A stretch of 62,326 bases of DNA, counting the filler. It is 4 parts of 4 records of this genome, joined end to end, with 100 filler letters (N's around TTAATTAATTAA, not from the genome) between each part and the next. Parts side by side here need not be neighbours in the genome. Positions count along the whole stretch, not along the records: positions 31,587 to 62,326 come from SRR31156797_6820; 3 more parts are not named here. One strand, given 5' to 3'. Each line of letters begins with the position of its first letter. Within the stretch, counting starts at the first letter, position 1. This document shows, piece by piece, positions 40,547 through 49,151 of the stretch. Both the position numbers and the translations under genes were made by a program. The notes beneath the pieces were generated by a model. The model saw nothing but the letters and a program-made list of their open reading frames with translations. It had not been told where the DNA came from and did no database searches.

Positions 40547-42377
40547 TCAGGTAAATTCACTTGAGAAAAACGCATTTTTAAAAATCGTTGATAATATCAA
40601 GTCAGGAAATCCCAAAAACAGTAAAGAAATCGACAAAATCCTAACTGATGCAAGTTCCGACCTGAAAAGTGTTGACAGCATTAACATAGCTAAAGTTTTC
40701 GACTTGATCAGAACAGAATTCGCAGCAACCGTAAAAGCTGAATTTGTGAACACCACTTCACAACTCGACATTCTGATCGACATTATAATTCGAGATGGTA
40801 ACTGCCTCTTGAAACGTGAATGGTTCATAAAGCTCTATGAACTGGAGCTACAGAAAATAAAGAAAAGGGCAAAGGAGATGCGTTCGCAGATTGAATTGGA
40901 GAAATCTGAATTTGACGAATGCAGGAAGCGTGATTATCTTACATATAAAGCCTGCGTTGAAACTGCATATACCAACGACAAACTCAATAACCGTGATGCG
41001 AAAATAACGGATGACGAGCTTTCGATTTTGTTGACGCTTACAAAGCAGCTGGAACTTTCTCAGGAAGAAGTGAAGCTGATCAACTATATGTCAATCCCTC
41101 CTGAAAAGCAGGATATTGATACGATCATTAACTTCCTGAGGAATATTGGTGTGATATTTTATTCTAAAAAGAACAACCTGGTTTTTGTAGCAGATGAAGT
41201 TGTACGTGTTTTACGAAAAATTCGTAAAAAAGAAGTTGCAGATAAATATTTCAGGCGCGTATTGAAATGCCTGCGGGAACCACAAATAAATTTAATTTGC
41301 AGAAAGCATTCCATTGATTACAGGGATGTGGATTATGACATTAAGATCAAACAAATTATCAATGAAGGAATTTCTTTCAGCAATATACTATCGAATATAA
41401 TTCATAAAGAGGGAACAACCCTAAACGATAAAAAGAAATTTTTAAATGAGATTTGGGAAAAATGCCTGAGGGTGAGTTCTCCCCTTAGAGGCCTGACGGT
41501 AGAAGAGAAAATTGATAATATCATTACTTATTTTGAAGAACTGGAGAGAGATGAAAAGGTGGGGATTTCGATCGAAGGATATGAAAAGCTTCTGATCGAG
41601 CTTAATGAAACGCTGCCCGATTTCAGGAAAACAGTTCTCAATGAATTTGAGATGCCCGAAGAAACCAAACTAAACAGTGAAACCTTGCTGGATTTTAACA
41701 TCAAACCCAGAGACATTCTGGATATTTTGCCCTCGGATAGTCTAAAGGAATTCGTAGCAGCCCGTGGGCTGAAATCAAGAGGCGACCTGGTTTTGAATAT
41801 CCTAGACGCTTACAAGGATACCGAGAACCTGATGATTGAAAATTATGAAGCAATCGGTTACAGGAATTTAAATGAATTGAAAGAGAATGGTATTGCTATT
41901 AAAGAAAGTGAATTGGGGCTAAAATTTGAGGAGCTTACAAAAACCATATTTCAAGAACTTGGGTTTAATGTTGATGAAAAGCTAAAAGAAGACCTTAGCA
42001 ATGCCAAAAATAAGATCGACCTAATTTTGAACCTTGACGACAATAATGTAATCGTTATTGAGTGCAAAACGGTGAAGGAAAGTGGATATAACAAGTTCAG
42101 CTCTGTTTCAAGGCAAATCAAGGCATATGAAAACCAGGCTCAAAAAAATGGGTACAATGTGGTTAAATCGTTGATTGTTGCACCGGAATTCAGTGACGAA
42201 TTCATCAACGAATGCGATCTGGAATTTGAAGTTAACATTTCACTTATAACCGCAGGTTCGCTGGTGAAAATTCTGGAAGGTTTCAGAAATTCAAAACACA
42301 AACAATTTCCCTATCAACTTCTTCTAAAAGATGTTTTGATTAAAGAAGACCGGATTTTAAAGGCAATAAGAAAATAG
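40524..42377 (+). CDS. Large helical protein with TerB-like motif and C-terminal PD-(D/E)XK (Mrr-like) nuclease domain
   Basis: DAKITDDELSILLTLTKQLELSQEE is TerB-like. KFEELTKTIFQELGFNV...KIDLIL...VIECKT...RQIKAY is a nuclease motif. Overlaps the channel gene by 23 nt. Confidence 0.75.
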   Translation: MKLEKILDQVNSLEKNAFLKIVDNIKSGNPKNSKEIDKILTDASSDLKSVDSINIAKVFDLIRTEFAATVKAEFVNTTSQLDILIDIIIRDGNCLLKREWFIKLYELELQKIKKRAKEMRSQIELEKSEFDECRKRDYLTYKACVETAYTNDKLNNRDAKITDDELSILLTLTKQLELSQEEVKLINYMSIPPEKQDIDTIINFLRNIGVIFYSKKNNLVFVADEVVRVLRKIRKKEVADKYFRRVLKCLREPQINLICRKHSIDYRDVDYDIKIKQIINEGISFSNILSNIIHKEGTTLNDKKKFLNEIWEKCLRVSSPLRGLTVEEKIDNIITYFEELERDEKVGISIEGYEKLLIELNETLPDFRKTVLNEFEMPEETKLNSETLLDFNIKPRDILDILPSDSLKEFVAARGLKSRGDLVLNILDAYKDTENLMIENYEAIGYRNLNELKENGIAIKESELGLKFEELTKTIFQELGFNVDEKLKEDLSNAKNKIDLILNLDDNNVIVIECKTVKESGYNKFSSVSRQIKAYENQAQKNGYNVVKSLIVAPEFSDEFINECDLEFEVNISLITAGSLVKILEGFRNSKHKQFPYQLLLKDVLIKEDRILKAIRK

Positions 42378-42423
42378 AAATCTAAACTAAACAAAAAATT
42401 TGACGTTATTAAAAACAACTGAA

Positions 42424-43032
42424 ATGAACGAAACTCATCCATTCCATCCTTTTATCGATGATAATACAAGAAAATTAATTATTGGTACCACTCCTCCAAT
42501 GAGGTTTACCCAAGGACATGATAAACATCCGGAGGACGTTGATTTTTATTACGGTAGTAGAGATAACTATTTTTGGGATTTAATGGGCGATGTTTTTAAA
42601 ACTACATTTTCCCGGGATAATTCCTATGAAGCAATAGAGAAGAGAAAAGAATTTATGCGGAAGGAAGGTATTGGTTTTGCAGATATCGTTCTTGAATTTC
42701 ATAGAAATCTGAATAATGCTTCTGATAAAAATTTACATGTCATAAGATTTCAAAATATATACGAAATATTAAAAAATTATCCAAGAATAGAAAAAGTGCT
42801 TTTTACTGGATATAGTGGTCGAAATAGTGCTGAGAGCCTTACATCGAGGCATCTTGGTGAGCATGGAGTTTTTAATTCGATTGTTTCAAAGACTCCTCCA
42901 AAGCATAAAATTTTTAATATTGATGGTCGTGAAATACATTCGTTTTCATTGTTTTCTCCCTCACCAGCAGCACGGAAAAAATATGAGGTGATTTTAAATC
43001 AGTATAAATCAATCTTTAAAAATTCCCAATAA
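42424..43032 (+). CDS. UDG-superfamily DNA glycosylase (family 6 / hypoxanthine-DNA glycosylase-like)
   Basis: ETHPFHPF, KLIIGTTPP, FYYGSRDNYFW, VLFTG and SPSPA. Confidence 0.8.
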   Translation: MNETHPFHPFIDDNTRKLIIGTTPPMRFTQGHDKHPEDVDFYYGSRDNYFWDLMGDVFKTTFSRDNSYEAIEKRKEFMRKEGIGFADIVLEFHRNLNNASDKNLHVIRFQNIYEILKNYPRIEKVLFTGYSGRNSAESLTSRHLGEHGVFNSIVSKTPPKHKIFNIDGREIHSFSLFSPSPAARKKYEVILNQYKSIFKNSQ

Positions 43033-43105
43033 TTAATCCAATGCTCTGCAATACTGTAAAAAGACTAGCACTAGTTTGATCAAAAAAATTGTAGGACAAG
43101 ATTAA

Positions 43106-43717
43106 ATGAGTAAAATCATGAACACTTTAGACCTAACCAGGGGACTTAAAATCAAATACCCTGACCTGATTGATACATCACACGAACTACCAGCGGCTTA
43201 TATCGGAACGGGTAAAATTAAAGCGGTTATTATTGGTGCCGACCCAACACATATTGTTAATGGCAAGCCCCGAAAGATTTCTAAGGTGTTTGATCTGGAT
43301 GATGTCAAGTCACCCTATTGGAGAGGTATCAAGAGTAATCTTGATGAAATCGAAGGCTTGTCCATGGATAACATCCATGTGGAAAATCTGTGCAGGAACC
43401 ATTTCACGAAAGAAACCAGCGATAACAAAAGCTGGATTGATATTGCACGGAACTACTGGGCCCCATTTCTTAGGGAGGAATTGGATCGATTGTATCAAAA
43501 AGACATACCTGTGCTCATCACCACACAATTTATTCTTTTTGCCATCCTAACCGAAGGGCATAAGAAGCCGAAGGCCGGGGAAATCTACGAACAGTGTAAG
43601 ATTTTTTCTCCTGATGAAACCTTACTAAACAGAAACGTAATTGCATTTTACCGGCATTGGAGTTATTCTTTGAAGAAGAAAGAGAAATATGCCAGATTTC
43701 TATCTGAAAAGTTTTAG
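43106..43717 (+). CDS. Divergent UDG-superfamily DNA glycosylase-like protein
   Basis: AVIIGADPT (motif A-like), IHVENLCRN and C-terminal FYRHWS (HPS-like motif B). Confidence 0.55.
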   Translation: MSKIMNTLDLTRGLKIKYPDLIDTSHELPAAYIGTGKIKAVIIGADPTHIVNGKPRKISKVFDLDDVKSPYWRGIKSNLDEIEGLSMDNIHVENLCRNHFTKETSDNKSWIDIARNYWAPFLREELDRLYQKDIPVLITTQFILFAILTEGHKKPKAGEIYEQCKIFSPDETLLNRNVIAFYRHWSYSLKKKEKYARFLSEKF

Positions 43718-43780
43718 GGGCCATCATTTGCACTTTTCAGTGATTGCGCTAAATTTGCAACTATCAAAAACCAAAAAAAA

Positions 43781-44224
43781 ATGAAAAAATTAACTTTACT
43801 ACTCTTTGCCGGTATGCTACTGGCAAATCTTTCGGCGTTCAGCCAGGAAAACGAAATAATTAACCTTTTAAAAACTGAATTTGACAAGGCTGTTCCTGAG
43901 GGTTTTAAAATGGATGAATCAGGGGTTGACGGTGTGAACCTTTACGTTGTGTATAAAAAATCGCCCCAGGAAATCATCACTGTAAACCTTCAGCAAGATC
44001 ACCGTCTGGAATTCAGCGATACCGAAAACTTAAAAATCGATGGCCGTGATGCCGTGTTTTATTATGCCGGCTACGAAAAAAGCGGTGGCCTTGCCATTAC
44101 ACTGCATAATGGAACCGGTCATTTAATAATTGGCTACAACAAACCCTATATGGGTGACGACATTGTAAAAATGGCTGAGTTAGTCACAATCGCTGAAAAG
44201 ATTGACCCTGGGAAGTTTGAATAG
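43781..44224 (+). CDS. Secreted hypothetical protein
   Basis: Signal peptide MKKLTLLLF...AFS-Q. Own TAAATTTG element at 43750. Confidence 0.7.
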   Translation: MKKLTLLLFAGMLLANLSAFSQENEIINLLKTEFDKAVPEGFKMDESGVDGVNLYVVYKKSPQEIITVNLQQDHRLEFSDTENLKIDGRDAVFYYAGYEKSGGLAITLHNGTGHLIIGYNKPYMGDDIVKMAELVTIAEKIDPGKFE

Positions 44225-44262
44225 GTTATTATGAAACCGCTTTGCCAGGTCTGGCATGCGAT

Positions 44263-45501
44263 TTATAGAATACCCAAAAGGCCTTTGGCTGCAGTTTCTC
44301 CTGCAATCATCGCTGCATTTAAGGATCCGTTCAACTGAACATCTCCAGCCAGAAAGATACGATCCGTTAGTTTTGTTTCGGTAGCCTGAACCTGGTATTG
44401 TACATTTTTTAGATTTGGCAAAGCTTTGGGGATATCATACATCTTTAAGAAACGAACGTTTTCAATTCCGCATTCCTCCTGTAATTCCTCCTGAACTTTG
44501 GAAACCAGGGATTCGGTGGAAAGATTGTGTTTGTTTACTACGGTTACGGATAGCAACTCGCCTTCGCCCTTGTGTTCCGTCTGCAAACTTGTATGATAAA
44601 AAATGTTGTTGATCAAACTTGCATTATTGGCTATCAACCCAATAAACGGTTTTTTATACAAGCGTTTTGTTGAGATGAAATATAAAGTCTGACATGACTT
44701 CCATTCTATTTGCTGATTATGTAAATTTTGGATGAGGTTTTCAGCTTCTGTAGCGATGATCGTGTAGTCGGTAGAGATTTTTCTACCATTTTCAATTGTT
44801 ATCTCCGAATCGTTCACGGCAACTACTTTGGTGTTGAATAGAAAGCTGGTTTTTTGCAGTTTCGCGGTCAATTGCTTCGGGATTTCCTCAATCCCTCCTT
44901 TTGGCAGCATGGCAAATCCCTCACCAAACATTTTAAAGATAAATTCGAACATGCGGCTTGAAGTCTCCAAATCTGTTTCCAGAAAAATTCCACTAAAAAA
45001 TGGCCTGAACAAGTTATTTATGATGCCCTCAGAAAATCCGGCATCCTGCAAATATTCAAGTGTGGTAATTTCCTTTGATTTAAAGATATCCTCAATCGAT
45101 TTTTTATGAAGCTTAGCATTTAGGCCCATGATCTTAAATTTGTCTGCAAGATTTCCGACTCCGGAGAACAATGTTGAAAAAAGGACACCGGGATCTCGTT
45201 TGGGATCACCGATAACTTTTTGCTCACCATATATAAAAATGCATGAGCCTGATTTGAACTTTTGAAGTTGCAGGGCATTATAATCCAAATATTTTTGTGC
45301 CGCAGGGTATCCTGATAACAATACCTGAAAACCATGATCCAGTTGAAACCCATCCACAACATCTGTTTTCACACGTCCTCCTGCACGATTTGTTTTTTCA
45401 AGTATTACAGGGGAATGGCCATGACTTTCCAAAACATTTGCTGCAATGAGCCCACTAACTCCTGCTCCGACAATATGAATTTTTTGTTCTTTACGATCCA
45501 T
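44263..45501 (-). CDS. FAD-dependent oxidoreductase (amine oxidase / protoporphyrinogen oxidase-like)
   Basis: IVGAGVSGL, GGRVKTD, LDHGFQVLL and FLAGD...SLNAAMIAG. Confidence 0.9.
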   Translation of the reverse strand: MDRKEQKIHIVGAGVSGLIAANVLESHGHSPVILEKTNRAGGRVKTDVVDGFQLDHGFQVLLSGYPAAQKYLDYNALQLQKFKSGSCIFIYGEQKVIGDPKRDPGVLFSTLFSGVGNLADKFKIMGLNAKLHKKSIEDIFKSKEITTLEYLQDAGFSEGIINNLFRPFFSGIFLETDLETSSRMFEFIFKMFGEGFAMLPKGGIEEIPKQLTAKLQKTSFLFNTKVVAVNDSEITIENGRKISTDYTIIATEAENLIQNLHNQQIEWKSCQTLYFISTKRLYKKPFIGLIANNASLINNIFYHTSLQTEHKGEGELLSVTVVNKHNLSTESLVSKVQEELQEECGIENVRFLKMYDIPKALPNLKNVQYQVQATETKLTDRIFLAGDVQLNGSLNAAMIAGETAAKGLLGIL

Positions 45502-45833
45502 GATTTTTGAATTCAAAAGTTCATGGCAAAATTACATCTTTTATAATCTGCGTTAAGTTTATCAGGTTGGGTACGCGTTATAAATTAACCTAAGTTCGAA
45601 AAATGGTTAATTGAAATTCTGTCTTTTGTATTTTCTTAATGTTTAATTCGTGTAACCTTTGTGGTTTAGAGTTTTGGTGGCAGGCTTAAATGCCATGAAG
45701 CAGAAATGGCACAAAGGTATCACAAGACATATTGTTATAACTATTTGAAATTATGGGCATTTAAGTGCTTATAATGAGAACGGGTCATGAGGAATAGGCT
45801 TAGCAAAATATCCGGGAGGTTTTTGCTTCAATA

Positions 45834-45860
45834 ACAAAAAGCCGGAACTATTGCCCCGGC
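45834..45860. repeat. Terminator-like hairpin, copy 1 of a near-identical direct repeat
   Basis: AAAAAGCCGGAACTATTGCCCCGGC; compare 47597-47631. Confidence 0.7.
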
Positions 45861-45959
45861 ATATTTTTATGAATCTGTGATGTAAATTTTTAGATTATCA
45901 CTTTTTGGTAAGCCGGTATCGTTGGAACAGCCTGAAACACTTCGGACGGGTAAACAAAA

Positions 45960-46139
45960 TTATTCCGGATCGGCGGCAATAAATCGTGAACTGTTTCTGG
46001 ATGTTTCAATACGGTCGAACAATGTGCGCATGATGCGGTTATAAAGTTCGTCGCCAGACAGCTTGTTTCCAACCCCGGCATCGATATTTGGATTGTCGTT
46101 TACCTCGATGAGATATAGGTTTCGTGGATTAACAGCGCA
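45960..46139 (-). pseudogene. C-terminal remnant of a RimK-family ATP-grasp protein, in frame after the radical SAM stop
   Basis: CAVNPRNLYLIEVNDNPNIDAGVGNKLSGDELYNRIMRTLFDRIE...* contains the ATP-grasp IEVNxNP motif. No start codon. Confidence 0.6.
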
Positions 46140-47387
46140 TCAATACGACCTCAGTCCCCTTTCGATATACTCATGTCGCCAGATTGAGAATCGTGGCTCC
46201 TCTCCGGGAATGGTATGAGGTTCCTTATTTAAAAGTTCTTCTACTACATCTTTTTCACTTTTGCAAATGATATTTTCGGGCATAGCCCGTGGCATGGTGA
46301 TAAAATATTTCTTCCCGGAGATATCAACTTGTTTTACCGGCACACTTGTTTCAGGAGGTTCCATCGAAATGGCGATACCTGCATAGCTGATGATATTTTG
46401 TTGGCGATTTCTGATATAACCGGTTTCGGTAATTTGCGATAGATCATCCACTACAGAAGCGGCCATTTGTTTCCTGAAGCCGGCCTTTTGGAAACGGTTT
46501 TTATAATCGAATGAGCAATAGTTTACGCCGATATCGAGATCATGATTTTTGGCCCAAAGTACCAGCTCCATTGCTGCCAGTTCCGATTCCACCACCACTG
46601 GCCGTTCCGATGGGAAGTAGGTGTAATTTCTTTTTAACAAATGTGTAGCATTATGGCTGGTAAGTCTTAGCTGGTGGAGATTCAGGTTGGTCACTCCAGC
46701 TTTAATCATTTCTGGCATCAGCGCTTTTAGTCTTTCGGTTTCCTCAGGAATGGCCGGTATTTCGATGGTAATGTTGGGGACTGTTCCCCTCGCTGCGGCG
46801 ATTTTATCCAAACGGAAGATTGTGGCTCCGATGTCAAAACGAACCTCGTCAAGGCCGGCAGATGCAAGTTTCCTGAATAGCTGCGGGCTTCCCAAAGTAC
46901 CATTTGTATATATCCAGGTATAAACCCCGGGACCGGCAATTTTCCTGACAGCTTTCAGATAACTGAGGGTGCGGTCGAAAAAAAGCAATGGTTCACCACC
47001 ACTGAAACTCACGCCCTTAAACCCGAAATATTTCACGTATTCGGCATAGTCTGCAGGGCTTTCAAAACTGAGGCTTTGGGTTGAGGGCACGGAGTCTTCT
47101 GTCTGATGAGCCGGACAGTAAAAGCACCTGGCATTGCACTTCGCGGTGATGAAAAGGCAACTCCACCTGCCCTGGCCGCACAGCAGGCATCCTTTCGACA
47201 ATCGGTTATGAAATGGTTTGGTTTCCTTAAATAGGGTATTGTTGCCAATTCCGGAAAGTAATTTTTCACGCTGGTCTGTCAGCGGGCCGGCATTCCAGGC
47301 ATTCAGCCAGTTGATGGCGGGAAAATCCCTGAAGTCCAGCCGGTTTTTATTGAACAGGCTATTGAGGTACAGATAAAATGCTTCCAA
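46140..47387 (-). CDS. Radical SAM protein (uncharacterised family, COG2108-like)
   Basis: CLLC plus CNARCFYC, FSGGEPL, YTNG and LDEVRFD. Confidence 0.88.
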   Translation of the reverse strand: MEAFYLYLNSLFNKNRLDFRDFPAINWLNAWNAGPLTDQREKLLSGIGNNTLFKETKPFHNRLSKGCLLCGQGRWSCLFITAKCNARCFYCPAHQTEDSVPSTQSLSFESPADYAEYVKYFGFKGVSFSGGEPLLFFDRTLSYLKAVRKIAGPGVYTWIYTNGTLGSPQLFRKLASAGLDEVRFDIGATIFRLDKIAAARGTVPNITIEIPAIPEETERLKALMPEMIKAGVTNLNLHQLRLTSHNATHLLKRNYTYFPSERPVVVESELAAMELVLWAKNHDLDIGVNYCSFDYKNRFQKAGFRKQMAASVVDDLSQITETGYIRNRQQNIISYAGIAISMEPPETSVPVKQVDISGKKYFITMPRAMPENIICKSEKDVVEELLNKEPHTIPGEEPRFSIWRHEYIERGLRSY

Positions 47388-47451
47388 AGTAAAAAAGGTA
47401 ATGAATTTAAAATCGGATGAGAAAATCGGGATAAAAGGGGTGGAAGCACAA

Positions 47452-47544
47452 TTATAGTTCCGAGAAGATATACAGGAACATGAGCATCTTTTCCTGGTCG
47501 AAAAGACTTTTGCTCAAATGCCTGATATGTTGATGGATTTTCAT
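47452..47544 (-). CDS. Possible 30-aa small ORF / leader peptide
   Basis: MKIHQHIRHLSKSLFDQEKMLMFLYIFSEL*, between a terminator and the radical SAM gene, preceded by TACTTTTA (near the -7 consensus). Confidence 0.3.
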   Translation of the reverse strand: MKIHQHIRHLSKSLFDQEKMLMFLYIFSEL

Positions 47545-47596
47545 TAAGGCGTTAAAAGTAGCGTAATTTTTATTTGTTTCGGAAATAATAATTCAC

Positions 47597-47631
47597 AAAA
47601 AAAGCCGGAACTAATGCCCCGGCTTTTTTTT
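47597..47631. terminator. Bidirectional rho-independent terminator, copy 2 of the direct repeat
   Basis: AAAAAAAGCCGG-AACTAATGCC-CCGGCTTTTTTTT just after the saccharopine dehydrogenase stop. Confidence 0.8.
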
Positions 47632-47647
47632 AAAGAAGTTGAATTTC

Positions 47648-48985
47648 TTATTTTATATTCTCGCTCTCAGGCAAACCATACTCCTCTATCATTTTAATGT
47701 TCATATCCTCAAGCCGGTCGAGCACAGGATTGTAGATTTCAGGAATCACCGGGATACGGACACCCTTGGCATGGATTTTTCCAGCCAGGAGCATTTCTAC
47801 ACCAACAGCAGCCGGAAGTGCAACGGTTCTGGCAACAGCCGTATCAGTGGCCAGTGTGCCAAAATCGAGCATCCTCGATTTGATTACTTCCTTTTTGCCA
47901 TTCGGATATTCGGCCAGGAAGGTATGCATCATAACCACCATGTCGCGTTCCTTTGGACCAAGTTCCATTTTATTGATCATCACATCTGAGGTGATCTCAA
48001 AAGCGGTGTCCTCACCACGGCCCATATCTTCATCACTAAACAGTCCTAACCACTCAATAGCACTCAAGGCGTAACTTTCAACCGGAATGCCAAGATAGTC
48101 AGCTGCCTTTTGTTTGATGTTTTCGCTGTTATCTGCACCAATCATCATGGCAACAAAATCGGCATAGCATTTACCGGTAAAATCTTTTTTATCGTTGGTG
48201 ATCAGGTTCAGACGCTTCATCGCATCCAGTGATTCGCACCAGCCTTTGTGACGGAATGTTCCGCGGAACATGGTGTCGGTTTCGGGGATACCATAAAGTT
48301 CAATATATGGGAATGAGTCACGGTTTGGATAGACTTCAAGATCACCAACATCCGGGAAATCAACTTTGAACGGATCTTTGAACAGATCGATCGGCTCAAC
48401 GTAAATATCATTTTTGTGACGCATGAAGTGGCCATCATTGTTGGAGGCCATCACCACACCTTTCGGGCTCCAGGAGAATTTATAATTGAAAGGGTTGTCG
48501 CAGGCTTCGGGAGCAGGCAATGCGCCACAGAGTGAGTAAAACTCCACGATCTTCCCATGCTTGTCGTGCACATTGTCGATGATGCGCATAGCCGACATAT
48601 GATCGATGCCGGGATCGAGGCCAAGCTCATTCAGGATGAGGATATCAGCATGTTTGGCTTCCTGGTCGAGGGCCTTCATTTCAGGCTTCACGTAGGAAGT
48701 GGTTACCATATTCTTTTTGTGAGCGATACATATTTTAGCCACCATTACGTGGTAGGCATAGGGCAGTAGGCTTACGGTAAGGTCATGTTCACCAACCAGT
48801 TTGTCCAGTGTATCTTCATCATCTACCGTCCAGGCCAGTGAGTGGCCATTTTTATGACCGCCAATCATGGTATCGGCTTTGGATTTAGTGCGGGTTGCAA
48901 CGGTTACTTCAAAACCCTTGTCAAGCAGGTAGGTTACGATTGGTTTTACCACCATTCCTGCGCCGAGGATCAGTACTTTTTTCAT
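47648..48985 (-). CDS. Saccharopine dehydrogenase, paralogue 2
   Basis: ILGAGMV, KNMVTTSY, NELGLDPGIDHM, YKFSWSP, YPNRDS and RGTFR. Confidence 0.92.
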   Translation of the reverse strand: MKKVLILGAGMVVKPIVTYLLDKGFEVTVATRTKSKADTMIGGHKNGHSLAWTVDDEDTLDKLVGEHDLTVSLLPYAYHVMVAKICIAHKKNMVTTSYVKPEMKALDQEAKHADILILNELGLDPGIDHMSAMRIIDNVHDKHGKIVEFYSLCGALPAPEACDNPFNYKFSWSPKGVVMASNNDGHFMRHKNDIYVEPIDLFKDPFKVDFPDVGDLEVYPNRDSFPYIELYGIPETDTMFRGTFRHKGWCESLDAMKRLNLITNDKKDFTGKCYADFVAMMIGADNSENIKQKAADYLGIPVESYALSAIEWLGLFSDEDMGRGEDTAFEITSDVMINKMELGPKERDMVVMMHTFLAEYPNGKKEVIKSRMLDFGTLATDTAVARTVALPAAVGVEMLLAGKIHAKGVRIPVIPEIYNPVLDRLEDMNIKMIEEYGLPESENIK

Positions 48986-49151
48986 AGACTCATTTTTTGA
49001 TTATTATCTGAATTTGGTTCTTCGTTTTGCTAAACAGGCTGCACAAAATATACATTTACTGAAGATTTGCCAAACAAATTTAAATCAAGATTTCCAATAT
49101 TTTTCAATACCGGTATTTGTTGGTAAACGAATGATTCCAAAATACACCAAA

